46,631 nt of DNA, filler included, from Catajapyx aquilonaris (GCA_000934665.2; 2 parts of 2 records of this genome joined end to end with filler, not necessarily neighbours in it); one strand, 5' to 3'. Positions 10,954 to 23,127 are shown, numbered from the whole stretch's first letter. A program made the numbers and translations. The notes: generated by a model from the sequence alone, not told the origin.

Positions 10954-12471
10954 GAGGCTGCTGTTGTTGCAGCCACCTCAAAGCGACAGTGCGTCACCAA
11001 TAGTCTCCTTCGGCCCAACCAGTCAAGGCGCTCGACAGGCTAAAAAGCTCCTCCTTTTCCATTCAAGGCCAGAAACTTAGACAAACTCCACAGGCTTGTG
11101 TTTTTCTGTGAATCTGGAGTGGAATGGCAGCACTCTGGCTTATCCCTCAACATGGGACACGTGTCATTCCAAATAGTTATACAGTATCTACATAATATAT
11201 TTTTTTTTCCACTGACACAGAAGGAAATCATGTATTTATCTCTTGGCAATTCCTCCTCATGTCTCCAACATGCTGTGAACTGCTACTGGGCGTAATGATT
11301 TTGTCCATAGAGTAGAATGTTGCAGCTGTAGGAAGAATGAGGAGCACTGAGATTACGATGTGCCTGTGGACGGTGGCAGAGATCGTCCCCATTGTTTAAA
11401 GCCCTCCTGTTGTGTGTCAAGTAGTGTACATGTGGCTTTGTGCGCCTGTGGCATCCCTTTGACTATGTTTCCAGATTCATATATTCGGACACACTAATGT
11501 TATTTTATGTGGAAGCCAACGCCCTTTTGGTCCAGATGTTAAGGTACAACCTATTCTGGAAGCCAATCATGGTTTGGATCATACATTGCGTTCTGAGTAG
11601 TGCATAAAGCTTGCAAAATTATGCCCTCTTACTTCAACTACATGGTGGGAGTCTTAAGGGCTCATGAACATGAGGGATATCCATAGCCCTTGTGATGCCC
11701 TCTCTTCTTCTTATTCACGTGTGTGCAACGTGTACATAATTATGTAGGAAGCTGCAGTTGCAGCTAACTTGTGAAATTAGTAGAGCGTACGAAATGTATA
11801 TCAGGAAAAATTAGAATTGCTAGCTACATGACACGTAGGTACAAAAAGTGCGAGGAAGTAGAGTGCATCTGTGCCTGTTTCACAAGTTGGCTGAACATGA
11901 AGCACCATGTTCATGTGTTGAGTAGCACAAGAATATTTTTCTTCATTGTACAAAAAAAAAGAGAGAAGGTGAATTTTAGCCAGTGGCGAGATGAAACCAG
12001 TTCTTTTTTTCATTCATTCCCAATGTTGGTCACAAGAATCTTAGACATTGTGTGTATTAGTCTCTCATGCACGGAATCTACACTCATGTTCTAGTCGCAA
12101 TCCCCAGCTCTAAAATTGTCACTTACCTTTGCATCATGCAAAATCAAAATTATAGTGAAGGTGTGAAATGCAACAGATGGTCATGAGAGAATGTGGCACT
12201 TGTTCCAGGCCTATCTTATCATGTGGAATGATTTGAAAAGTAGGTTCCTGTGACAGCAGAAATCTACATAAGAAGGGATATTTTACGTGAACTACAGCAT
12301 CCTCCTAAGAAAACCGTTTTATTTTTGTGAGAAATACTAGAGGTAAGGATTGTTTTATTTGCTGAGGCTCATTTTTTTCCTAAATTTAAGGTAAGCAGAG
12401 AGTACCTGCCATTTTGTGCATGTCTCTCAATTCCTGCTAGAATCTCATTTTGCTCTGTATTTGCAAGGACC

Positions 12472-12477
12472 AATAAA
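12472..12477 (+). promoter_or_regulatory. Candidate Fas1 polyadenylation signal (3'UTR about 1.5 kb)
   Basis: AATAAA at the end of a repeat-poor stretch after the stop codon, just before repeat-rich sequence resumes. Confidence 0.5.
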
Positions 12478-13331
12478 AAGCATCAGTTTTCACGTGGCCT
12501 GACCATTATTTCACAAAAACCCAGTCAATGTTTGTCACTTGTAAGGGTATAAACCAGGACTATAAAAACTTATTTCACATTAATCGACTGCAGTATACGA
12601 TGTCTGCTCCAGAAGGACGACTGACACAGCCAGGCGGCAACCTTGTACAAGTACAGGACGACAATTGTACGGAAGCCCCTATAAGGGTCAACCACAAACA
12701 CTCTTCTTTGGGGACAATCTTTCTCACACAGGCGCAAACACATACATGCCCGGGCACACACATATAAGGATCGACACAAATAGGACTGTGCAAACATATA
12801 GCAACACACAAACATATATAGCAACACACAAACATATAATGAACGAAACGAACTTGAAACCGTTCCTGTCTATGGTGTCCCCACCCTGACTGATACTCAA
12901 ACCAACCCACCACCCGATCCCTCTGGGATAGCGGTTTGGGCTGTATGAAAAAGGGTGAGGTTGTAAGGCCTCTTTGACCTACTGCCAATATGTCTCGCCA
13001 ACGAAGAAATATAGCTTTTTCTAGAAGACAAAGTAAAGATCTATGCCCTATGGTAAAGTTTTATTATTTTGATACAATCAAGTAGCATACTCTCTGTACA
13101 GTAGTAGTAGTACGCATTAAAAACCTGCGAATAGCTCATTTTTTACGATGTCGAGGACCAATCTCTCGATTATCCGTGTTTTACGATTATCCGGCAACAC
13201 CTGTGCAGTCATTAGCCCGGATAATCGGGAGTGCAGTGCACATATACGTACCTCTTCGATAGGATCAGCGTGAGTGGGTAGTAATATACAGTATAAGGTA
13301 CGTGCGGCCAGGTTCACCCCTAATTTTATGT

Positions 13332-13915
13332 CCGTTAACTTGGCCCAACCACTTTCGAATTTCGAAATTTCAACGATGGCAATCGTTTGTGCTACGTTTG
13401 TGCTGATTTGTGCTCGAATATGAGCGTTTGTGCTGGCTTGGTTTCAGAGTTATCGCGATTTCAATTTGGTTGGGCCAAGTTAACGGTAGCCCAACCACTT
13501 TCGAATTTCGAAACTTCAACGGTGCCAATCGTTTGTCCTACGTTTGTGCTGATTAGTGCTCGAATATGAGCGTTTGTGCTGGCTTGGTTTCAGAGTTATC
13601 GCGATTTTAATTTGGTCGGGCCAAAATAGCGCTTTTGAAATAAAGCGAATTTCAAAATTTCAACGATGGAAATGGTTTGTACTGCGTTTGTGCTTATTTG
13701 TGCCCGAAGATGGGGGATTTGTGCTGCAACCGTTCTCGAGATACAGCGAGGTCAGTATTGTTGTGTGGCCAAGTTAACGCTGGTCACCACAGCACTAGCT
13801 TAGCGAATTTCAAAATTTCAACTGGGCGAATCGTTTGTGCCCTGTTTGTGCTCATTTGTGCTCGACTATGGCCGTTTGTGCTGCTTCGGTTTCGAAGATA
13901 TCGCGATTTAAATTA
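13332..13915. repeat. Diverged tandem array, 4 units of about 145-158 bp, probably internal to a non-autonomous DNA transposon
   Basis: CGAATTTC(G/A)AAA(T/C)TTCAAC recurs near 13355, 13501, 13645 and 13803, with multiple TTTGTGCT motifs per unit; 20-bp IR CCGTTAACTTGGCCCAACCA (13332-13351 / 13467-13486). Confidence 0.8.
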
Positions 13916-15043
13916 TGGCGTTCCTTATATTCAGTGAGCAGCTACTGAAACAGCAGCTTATTAGCTGTAAGTGCCAATTTCCTGCATAAAATTGCAAATA
14001 GATCATTAAAATGGAATTCACACAGGAATATCTGAAGTAAATTGCATGTAATAATATACAATCGGCCATGAGACGGTGGGCCATTACGCAGCGTACTGTA
14101 TAGGAGAATAGATGGATCATTTGAAAAATACCATGATATGAGTGACAAAGTGACAACAGCCAAGCCCTCTGCACAAGTTGCACCACATATTACAATCTAC
14201 ACGCTATATGGGTCTTTGTGTCTGTCTGTCATGTAGGAAAATGTTTGGGAATTCTGCAAGGAACTACTATACTACTATAGGGTGATTCACTAAGTAGTTG
14301 ACCCAAGAACCTACTGTGATCTTGCCTCTTTTCGCATGGTAGGGGTAAACCATACAGTTATGGGACATTTAAGAAATTTTCCAAGTTCACATCATCACAT
14401 GACCCACAGTCATTACATCTGCATTTTGATTATATTTTTTTCTGAATCTTCAGAATGCTCTCTTTCAAGGAGCAACTGTAATTTAGAAATTTTCCTTTAC
14501 TGTCATTTTTGGCAATGAAAAGTCACAAAAGAGTCACAAAAGTACAGCAATGGGTCACTTTTCACAGTGATGGGCCGCCTTTGGGACAGTGGTGGGACAC
14601 CTAATTGAGGCGCTTAGGAAGAGGGGGGAGGGGAGGATTTTTTGGGGAAAATTTTTAAGACACCTGCTTAATGGGAGGGGGCGGTCACTTTTTTCGAAGA
14701 AAAAAGTCACAAAATAAAAATAAAAATAAAAATGATCAAGTGGCTTCGCTTGTGTTGTCCATCCCGGCAACCCCCGCCCTACACACCCCATTGTCCCTAC
14801 ATTTGTCTTATACCAGGGAGTTCCATTCTCAAACCTATCACCCCTCCAAATATTTAACCCTACAATTTAAACTATAGGTCCAATAAATTCACCAGCACAT
14901 GCAAATTAATCGGCACACTTTTTAGGGCATTTCCAATGGTTTGTTGCAGCCTGACCTTTGACCTGAAAGGCCCTAATATTAGGTTTTTGGTCTGGGGCCA
15001 GGCCCTACCTCGGTCTGCATCTGTCGGAGCTTTCGTAATGAGA

Positions 15044-15487
15044 CTGTACAGAGCACAGTACTTAGATATACAGTATATCTCTCGATGTGAGGTAGTATGC
15101 CCCTAGCCTGCTAGCCAAATGTAGCAGTCCGCCTGTCCTTGTGGGTATAGCGGGGCGGGGGTGGAAAGGGGGGAATATGTAAGGTCAAAGAGACAGGAAG
15201 GCGACCAAGCCTATACACCAAAATTTGCCTATCTAAAACCGCGTCGACGATATGCGCATCTCCACGTACAGCAGAAGCGTGTTGGAATTTATTATTTTAA
15301 TAATCCATAGAGCAATGCCACGAAACAGTGATGCCGCATGTCCGTCCTGATGACCCCAAGGAGGTGACCACTCGCCTACGTCACATTCATAGATACTGAT
15401 ACCTGCCACTACGTTTGGCTAGGGGCATACTAGGCCTACCTCACATCGAGAGATATACTGTATATCTAAGTACTGTGCTCTGTACAG
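15044..15487. repeat. Inverted repeat pair (65/71-bp arms, about 310-bp spacer) upstream of the EPC copy
   Basis: 15044-15108 is the reverse complement of 15417-15487 apart from a 6-nt GGCCTA insertion in the right arm. Confidence 0.85.
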
Positions 15488-15584
15488 CAGCTGCTTTATG
15501 TGCAATCAGTTATTTTGTAGCACAGTAGTACCGTATCATAATAATATAGAATTGGCTCGAGACTGTGCCTCTGTTTGTCCGGGG

Positions 15585-15627
15585 TGATTCTTATATGACC
15601 ACAGTGTATGTGGTCATATAAGAATCA
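15585..15627. repeat. Perfect 19-bp hairpin, probably a collapsed mariner-type MITE
   Basis: TGATTCTTATATGACCACA-gtgta-TGTGGTCATATAAGAATCA, preceded by CGGGG (mariner-like CGGGGTGATTC end). Confidence 0.6.
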
Positions 15628-15698
15628 ATATTAGAAATTCTGCAGTTTGCCCTTGCTTTTTTCAGACTGACTCTACTGGTGTCGTTGTTGGATCATCC

Positions 15699-17369
15699 AT
15701 GAGTGCAACTTCACGTATTGCAAAGAACAAGGTGTCATTTCGTGCACGTGCTCTGCTGGACCCTTCTAGACCAATGGCGATAATGTATGCTACATACTGT
15801 AGAGTTAGACTTGCCAGAAACTGTCATCAGCCGTGCTGTTCCGCAGATGCCTACTGGCATGGAGAAGGATGAGGAATGTGAGCACCACCTGCAAAAAGCT
15901 ATAGGCCTACATGAAGGAAATGCAATACCAACCTCAGGGGTGCTTGACCTATCTGATCCCGAAGAATATGATCAGTGCTATCCATGTAACTATACACACA
16001 TCCGGAGCAGTTAGTAGGCCGTGCAGAACGACTCGGTGGGTGTGTAACACCCCCAGCTAGGACATGGATTCGGATGATGAGGAGTGGTGTTCAGCTCATC
16101 ATTTGGAAGGCCTTCAATTTGAGGCAATGGTAGATCGTTTGGAGCAACAAAGTGTAAATAAGGTGGTTACACTGGAGGAAGCCCAAAAGTTATTTTTAAA
16201 ATCCCCTAATGATGTAATGGATGTGTACAATTATAAGCGTTTGGTACTGCAACGTCCTCTTCTGGTACGTACCACGTACCAAGATGGAACCTGTCCGTGG
16301 TGATGACCCATATGTGGCTTTTCGCCGTCACTCTGGACGGATGTAAACTTGTCGCAATAGAAAGAATGATGAAGGCTCATATGAGAAAATGTTGGCCTTC
16401 ATACGTGACACACGTAAAGTGCTGACAGCCTGACACTGCTTGACTTAGTGTCTCGTCGGGAAACAATGAAAAAAGAGAAACTCAAGGTGAATCTGAACAT
16501 ATTTGAAGCAAGATACAGTGCAGGAGACTTTGATGGTAAGTTGATTCGTGAAGTGACACCTCCATCACCACCAAGAGTACCACTAAATGACAAATCATTA
16601 GCATGGTAATGATGCAGACTGGGTACTGGGTGGAAAATCTCCGGCACACAAGTTCCATCCTGGCAAGCCTGCTTGGGTGAACCTGCATGATACACCACCA
16701 ACTGTTCCTAAAAGGCTTTTGTCAACCGGTGGGAAAACAAAGATGTCATGCACTACCCGAGCAATACCAAGAAATTAAGTGATGATGAGTCAGATGATGA
16801 AGATCCAAGATCCATTTGCATTTCACCCAAGGGAGAACTGCACCTACCTAGCACCAAAAGATGTATTACCAGATGTTCCAGTTTTGCCGGACCCTTCCAA
16901 AGTCGGGATAGTACTACGCCGAATAGGACGGGGTGGGCGTATCATATTTGACCAAGGGTATGGAGAACGCACTGAAGAGGTGAGGTATGAACCGAAGGAC
17001 ACCCCAGCGTCACCTCACCAGTTTCCTCCAGCCTTAACCATTAGAGATGAAAATGGTGAGGAAGTGATGTCTCTCAAGCTGGTAGCACCACTACCCTCAT
17101 CAGAGAAACCAACCCAGTGTACTTCATTATCAGGCAAGTCATCATCTACATTTTATGTTGACCTCCCAACACAAAAGTTTTTTGCAGCTGCAGGTAATGG
17201 TGAAGGAAAGGCACCTCCTCCGGTGCGACGATTAATGGCTGGAGAGATGTTGATTCGGCGCAACTATGGCGGTCAGCGCATTCCCATGCCATCTGGCGTA
17301 CAGTTTTCCAAGGTGATGACTACAAAAAGGGGAACGTTTGTCAAGCTGTCTGCTTCACAACTACTGTAG
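15699..17369 (+). pseudogene. E(Pc): Intronless, divergent Enhancer of Polycomb (EPC1/E(Pc)) homologue with frameshifts and stops
   Basis: Colinear EPC motifs across changing frames: KVSFRARALLDPSRPM; ISRAVPQMPTGMEKDEECEHHLQKAI; DMDSDDEEW; LQFEAMVDRLE..VVTLEEA; DDPYVAFRRHSGRM*TCRNRKNDEGSYEKML; RRETMKKE..FEARYSAGDFDG; DPFAFHPRENCTYLAP; RRIGRGGRIIFD. In-frame stops at 16058 (TAG) and 16344 (TAA); frameshifts near 15795, 15997, 16295 and 16430. No introns in the coding part. Confidence 0.88.
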
Positions 17370-18459
17370 CAAGTCTCAGGCAGAAGTCATTATCACCAGG
17401 AAAAAAAATAGTCCGGGGAGGCAGGGGAGGGAGCAAGGGAGGGAGCCATTTGGAGAGTCCACGTTCATAATCACCTGCGTGGATCTTTCTTGGGTGTGTT
17501 TCAGTATAATATTAAAAATATTATACAGGATTTGATGTAAAAATGTACCTGCTGCTTTATGGTCATACACCCATTGCAGATTCTTCAAAATGTTTGAACT
17601 TTATATACCCATTGCATTTAAGGCATAGAACAAGTTCATTTTCAAACACGTAGAAAATGATTTTATACCCTAAAAATAAAAATAAACAGCAGTCCTCTTT
17701 AAATTATAACAGTTAATATAGGTCAGTTACACTAAAGGTACCTAAGTTTATGAGTTATCTAACCTGATACGACAGCCCATATAAATGATATGTCCTCGTA
17801 TTATAATGCTCTTCTTCGTGCTCTTCACACTCAGGTTTTTATTTGGCATGGCAGTTGCGACAACTTCTCTGTATAGAGACCTCAACTGGTAGTCAGGAGA
17901 ATATCACAAATAAGACGATCAAATCCTTTTAAGGCAGAGTGCGAAAGATATAATTATTGGAAAGGGCATTTACTGTATACCACCCTGATATTTAATAAGC
18001 ACTTATACATATTAAGATCTATAGAGTACATTGCACAAAGTGTAGATTAAAGAGTCTTGCTACCTGCTTGCTACATGGCAGCTTTTATATGGAGTGGTAT
18101 TGGTGCATTGCAAGTTGTGGTACAGTATAGTTACTTTTTAAAGACATAATTTATTGGGATGGGACCAGAGCAATGATGATTTTTCTACTACACTCTAAAG
18201 TGGAATTAGACCGTATATTTTCTGCCGTATATTTTTTTATCAAGGTGTACTGTACACCTTGTTTTGTATGTGCTTTTACTACATTTTGTGGGTAAAATGG
18301 CAAATTGAATTCTTTTGATGTAATGTACTTCTTTCTCATATTGGGAAAGCTAATTTAGAATACAACAGTTGCTATGCAGGCTTCATTTTTCACATCTGTA
18401 AGTAGGAGTATACATAAAGAAGATTGATATTGAGCATTTTGCATTACTTTGTAGTATTT

Positions 18460-19130
18460 GAGGGGGTGAAAATCAAAAACCGACAGCTCCAAAAAACCAA
18501 AAAAATGAGTTAGCGCCGGCAATGCATTCCTCATGCCATGGAGTACATAATACCTTAATATGGTATTTAAAATCCTGCAACAAAGCCGTCAAATGCAGGG
18601 GTGAAAATTGACCTCCGTAACAAAAACCGCCAGCTCCATCCCCACTCGCAGAAAATTACAGATCAAAAACCGCCAGCTCCATCACGAAACTAAAGCTATG
18701 GGAGACAGTACATACTGCGAAGCTCGTACGGATAACGACGGTGCGAATTTTACAGAATTTACAGAATTTTAACAGAACACCTTGCGTAATGCAATGGAAC
18801 GTTGGTATGTAAGCGTGGAATAAACTTCAACATTTACACGCCGGATAAACCTGTGTTTCATGTTTCCCTCACTCAATTTTGCATCAAAAACCGCCAGCTC
18901 CAGCCTGTTGCAAATCAAAAACCGCCCAGTGGCGGAATGGACGGTCCTCAGCTCCTTGGGTAATGGCGGATGATTTCATAATAACTTACCAATGGTTGAG
19001 TTGCTAGTAAAGGAATCTATAGCCGCTACATTCAGGTGTCTACGTTGACATACGGCGAAACTGTAGGTTTTTCTCGTTTTTCTCCGTTACGTTTATGACG
19101 GAGCTGTCGGTTTTTGATTTTCACCCCCTC
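18460..19130. mobile_element. Non-autonomous Sola-like DNA transposon (671 bp)
   Basis: Perfect 31-bp TIR GAGGGGGTGAAAATCAAAAACCGACAGCTCC; GAG..CTC termini; 4-bp TSD ATTT (18456-18459, 19131-19134); internal CAAAAACCGCC repeats at 18621, 18664, 18885 and 18916. Confidence 0.8.
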
Positions 19131-19370
19131 ATTTGGTTTAGTTATTTTTCTTTGAACTCTGAGGTGGGGGAAATGTCCATGTGCCAAGTTTTTCTCTAAT
19201 AATTTAGAACAAACTGCAAGATTTGATCTTGTAGAGTATGATCTCGAGTAATATAATTTTCCTGCAGGTGTAGTCAAGCAATGCCAGATGTTTACATTTA
19301 GGCTAGTAGCTTGTACGTGTGTATGCCCAGTTGTGCTATTCTAGAGAGGGAATTTTGTATATATCACGTA

Positions 19371-19870
19371 CAGTAAAACTTATATAAGTCGAATCTCCAT
19401 GGGACCGGGAAAAAACTTCGAGTTATAGAAGATTCGAGTTAGAGAAGTTTGGAATTTTTTAAGCACATAACTCTATAAGGAAGCCTACCTTTATATCCAG
19501 CGACGAAAGGTGTTCAAAACTTAAAAATAACTGTCACTATCACACTTACAATGTTCCTCGTTGTTTTGTTGTAAAAAAAAAATCTGCGTCATGGACATTT
19601 GCCTACTCTATCTCTCTACTTAGATTCAAGGATCCAATTGTCACAATCCAGTCAAACACTTCTTTCGGTACGTCTGGTAGACGCGGAGATCAGGATAGTG
19701 AAGCCTTTCTGTACATGTGGCCTACTCTCGACCCTTCGGCTGGGAAATGAGAAAATTTTCCGTACTCGCCAACATGAACTTGGACTTCGGGAGACTGAAA
19801 ATGCATTGATATCACATCGTATAAGGCCCTGCCAGCACTTCGAGTTATGGAGAACTTCGAGTTGTGGATA
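19371..19870. mobile_element. Tigger/pogo-type MITE, right end degraded or interrupted
   Basis: TA|CAGTAAAACT left end with repeated TTCGAGTTA subterminal motifs near both ends. Confidence 0.5.
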
Positions 19871-20749
19871 TATTGGATAGTTACCTGATCAAATGACCCT
19901 GTGACCCATTTTTGAGTGGGAGGGGGGCAGAGGTCAAATTCTGACCTCACCTATTTCTTGAAATTTGGTGCATTGACATATGAGGCGCCTTCTTCCTAAA
20001 CCCGATAAATCCAAGATAAATGGTTCCGAGATAATTGAGAAAAAGCTGTGGTGCCGAAGCTATAATTAATATTACAAGACTTAGGAAGTCGAAGACGAGG
20101 AAGACGAGGAAGTCCATCTGCTACATATGTGGATGCTGCATATGATGAGCTTTTACAAGAAATTGATCAACATCGTCAAGTCGTAGTTTCAGGAATAGTC
20201 GTTGTGGATATATTGATTTTTGCTGCAAAGAGAGTGGATTTGGCGGTTTTTGCAAACATTGAGGAAATTTGAAGAAAAAAAAAATATACAGTTTTACTCC
20301 TCTGAATATTGTTTGTTAGTGCTTTTCTGCATATTGTTCGCCACTACAATGATTAGGGGGCACGGCAGTGCCCCCGCCAAGTTCTCACCGCACTGCCGGA
20401 CCACCGTTACCCGACACAACTCACATCATTTTGAACCCCTCGAATCTTCGCACTGGTGAACATAGGTGGCTTCAAAATTTTTATTTGGGTAGATAAAAAT
20501 TCGTTAAAAATACTACCCCCTTACTTCCATGTTCATATCTCTTTTCATCTCCGACTTTAAAAATCCTAAAAACTCCCAAAACGGCCAAAAAATGACACTG
20601 ACTGACTGATCATCAAAATTAAAGGGAACACTTCCAGTGGTCCTGGGGTGCTGAAATTTGGTATGATGGTAGCGCTTGTCAAACAAACATCCGAATAAAT
20701 CTGAAAACGGCACTTTTTAAAATGCTAAAATATCTCCTGTCAATTAATA

Positions 20750-21508
20750 TCGAAAGTCTACTCTTGTTTTTTTCCGGAAATGTCAAGAAAACATCTCAGG
20801 CTTCATTTATAGCGCAATTCAAAAATTTTCAAAAATGTCCATTTCTGAGAAAAACATAAATCAAAGTTTTGGACGCCATCTTTAACTCAAAATTTTGATA
20901 TCTTACAAACATGAGTCCTACTGTCTGAAAAAGAGTTCAAATAGCTTCCCAACGCATGAATCAAATTTGGAATTTGTAACAATCTCCTGGCAGTTATGGG
21001 CCTCCAACTGAGTGCGGACGGAGGCAACATTTTTGTATGCGCTTTTAGAGTTTTTAAATAACGCGAGTCTACTCTCGTTTTTTTACGGAAATGTCAATAA
21101 AACAATGTAGGGTTCATTTTAAGAGCAATTCAAAATTTTTAAAAAATGTCCATTTCGGAAAAAAAAATAAATGAAACATTTGGACGCCATCTTTAATTTG
21201 AATTTTTAAAACTTTACGAACGTGACTCATACTGTCTGAAAGGGTGTTACAATAGCCTCCCATTCCATTAATCATATTTCGGATATGTCGCAATCGCCCG
21301 AAGTTATGGCCTTCCAACTGAAGGCGGACGGAGCCAAAATCCGTAAAAATCCGCACCTTTCGCACCCTGTAGATATGCAACCACGCGTCGCAGGGACAAA
21401 CAAAAAGAGGTCCTTGCTCACAGCCATGTGTACTACAACATACTCGGTTTTGGTGGAAATCGGAAAAAATTTGTCGGGGAGGGGGGTCCAGTTGACGTGG
21501 AATGCCTC
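20750..21508. mobile_element. Non-autonomous DNA element ending CGTGGAATGCCTC|ATAT, with an internal about 310-bp duplication
   Basis: Units starting GTCTACTCT near 20756 and 21066; the terminal ~150 bp is homologous, inverted, to 21947-22100. The left boundary is uncertain. Confidence 0.6.
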
Positions 21509-21517
21509 ATATATATA

Positions 21518-21941
21518 CAGGGTGTATCTGAACTCAGTGCCCCGACATATATGACTGCCTTCCTAGCCACCAGAGGATCGATTTAAGTATAGGAATCATT
21601 ATGTTTGACCGCCGCATTACGGAGATAATTGGTCGCAAACATGTAGTACAAAATATCCTGTTGGTTAGGCCACCCATCGAACCCTCCCCCAGTCAGAAGG
21701 CTCTGGAAGGTCTGGGGGCCGGACTTTGTTGGTTTGTTGCCCACAGGTGGTAAGGCCTCTTTGGCTAGTTACACCAGAAAATTCTATTTGAAGGTCAGAA
21801 GGAGCGATTAGGCAAAAATCGCTAAAGAGTGTATCTCCGTAATGCGGCGGCCAAACATAATGATTCCTATACTTAAATCGATCCTCTGGTGGCTAGGAAG
21901 GCAGTCATATACGTCGGGGCACTGAGTTCAGATACACCCTG
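21518..21941. mobile_element. Mariner-type MITE family A, copy 1 (424 bp)
   Basis: About 110-bp TIR starting CAGGGTGTATCTGAACTCAGTGC; TA TSD; near-identical copy at 33816-34240. Confidence 0.9.
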
Positions 21942-21946
21942 TATAT

Positions 21947-22400
21947 GAGGCATTCCACGTTAAGCGGGCCACCTTTCCGACAAATCTTTGAGGACTTGAC
22001 CAAAATATAATGACATGTACTACTCATCGACCTATGCAGGAACCCAAATTATTATACCTCTGCGTTGCGTGGTTGCGTAACTACAGGGTGGACAAGTTGC
22101 TATTTTTCACTCATTTTACGCTGTCATGGCTTAGAATGGAGGCCAGTAACTTCTGAATCCCTAAAGTGATTCCAAAAGTGATTAGTGATTTGGACAGGTC
22201 TGCAAACGCTCTTTAATACTATGTCATCAAGAATTTTGAAAAAATGAACATTTCGATTTCAAAATGGCGACCAAATTTTGATTTTGATTTAGCTCAAACT
22301 TGGACATTTTTGATATTTTTTGAATGTCTCTTAAAATGAAGCTTGAACGATCCTACTGATATTTCCGAAAACTCTCGAGGACCCTTTTTTGATTTTTATC
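21947..22400. mobile_element. Related element beginning ATAT|GAGGCATTCCACG, facing the element that ends at 21508
   Basis: Shares the terminus and the subterminal CGACAAAT and GCGTGGTTGC..TACAGGGTG motifs with the reverse complement of 21360-21508. The right boundary is uncertain. Confidence 0.55.
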
Positions 22401-23127
22401 CGCTACAAGCTGCGATAGGACCCCCCCGCCCCCTCTCTTATTCCCTCTGCCTTCCGGCCGGCCGGAGACCGATTAATATATTGCGCTGGCGTGGATCGTC
22501 TCTGCTGCAGCTGGCTCACTGGATCTCACTTTCTTACATGCCCAACTGAAGGAAGTAAGTGTGATAGACACATAATATAGACACTGCCCTTCCCTGCTTA
22601 CTCTACGAGTAGAATCATCAGCAGACACTAACATTGGGAAATATGACGAGAGTAGTATTCGGAGCAGTACAACAACAACAACAACTTTATCTGCTAACCT
22701 ATGCGCTTGTCCTATACCGACTCACTCCCAGAATTTATTTAGCTGAACTGATAACCTCTATGATCATTTAAAAAGAAACTAAAGGGTCAGTTTATAACTA
22801 GCCCATAATGTTAAGGGAAGAAAACTCAGTTCACATCGCAAATGAAATATGAGAACTTTCCTCCCTATTGTGACGTACAATGTTGATGATAGCTGACTAA
22901 CTCCTGTTTATTTCAATATTAAAACTACCATGCTTTAATGCTAATCAAGATAATTTAATTATATTGAGTATGACGTGAGGGTTGGATATGTGTAGTGAGT
23001 GTGACATACCGGTATTGCATTTGTTGTAAATACGATTTTAGCCATAGCGTTGTAAAGTTTAATAGGTTCTGGGAAAGGCCTTCTCAATCCGGAGGGGGGA
23101 GTGAGGTAGGGCGTGGGTCCCTTAGTC

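Noticed and set aside
13100..14280. Polinton-like AGTAGT / ACTACT termini
   Set aside because: No extended TIR or 6-bp TSD could be matched.
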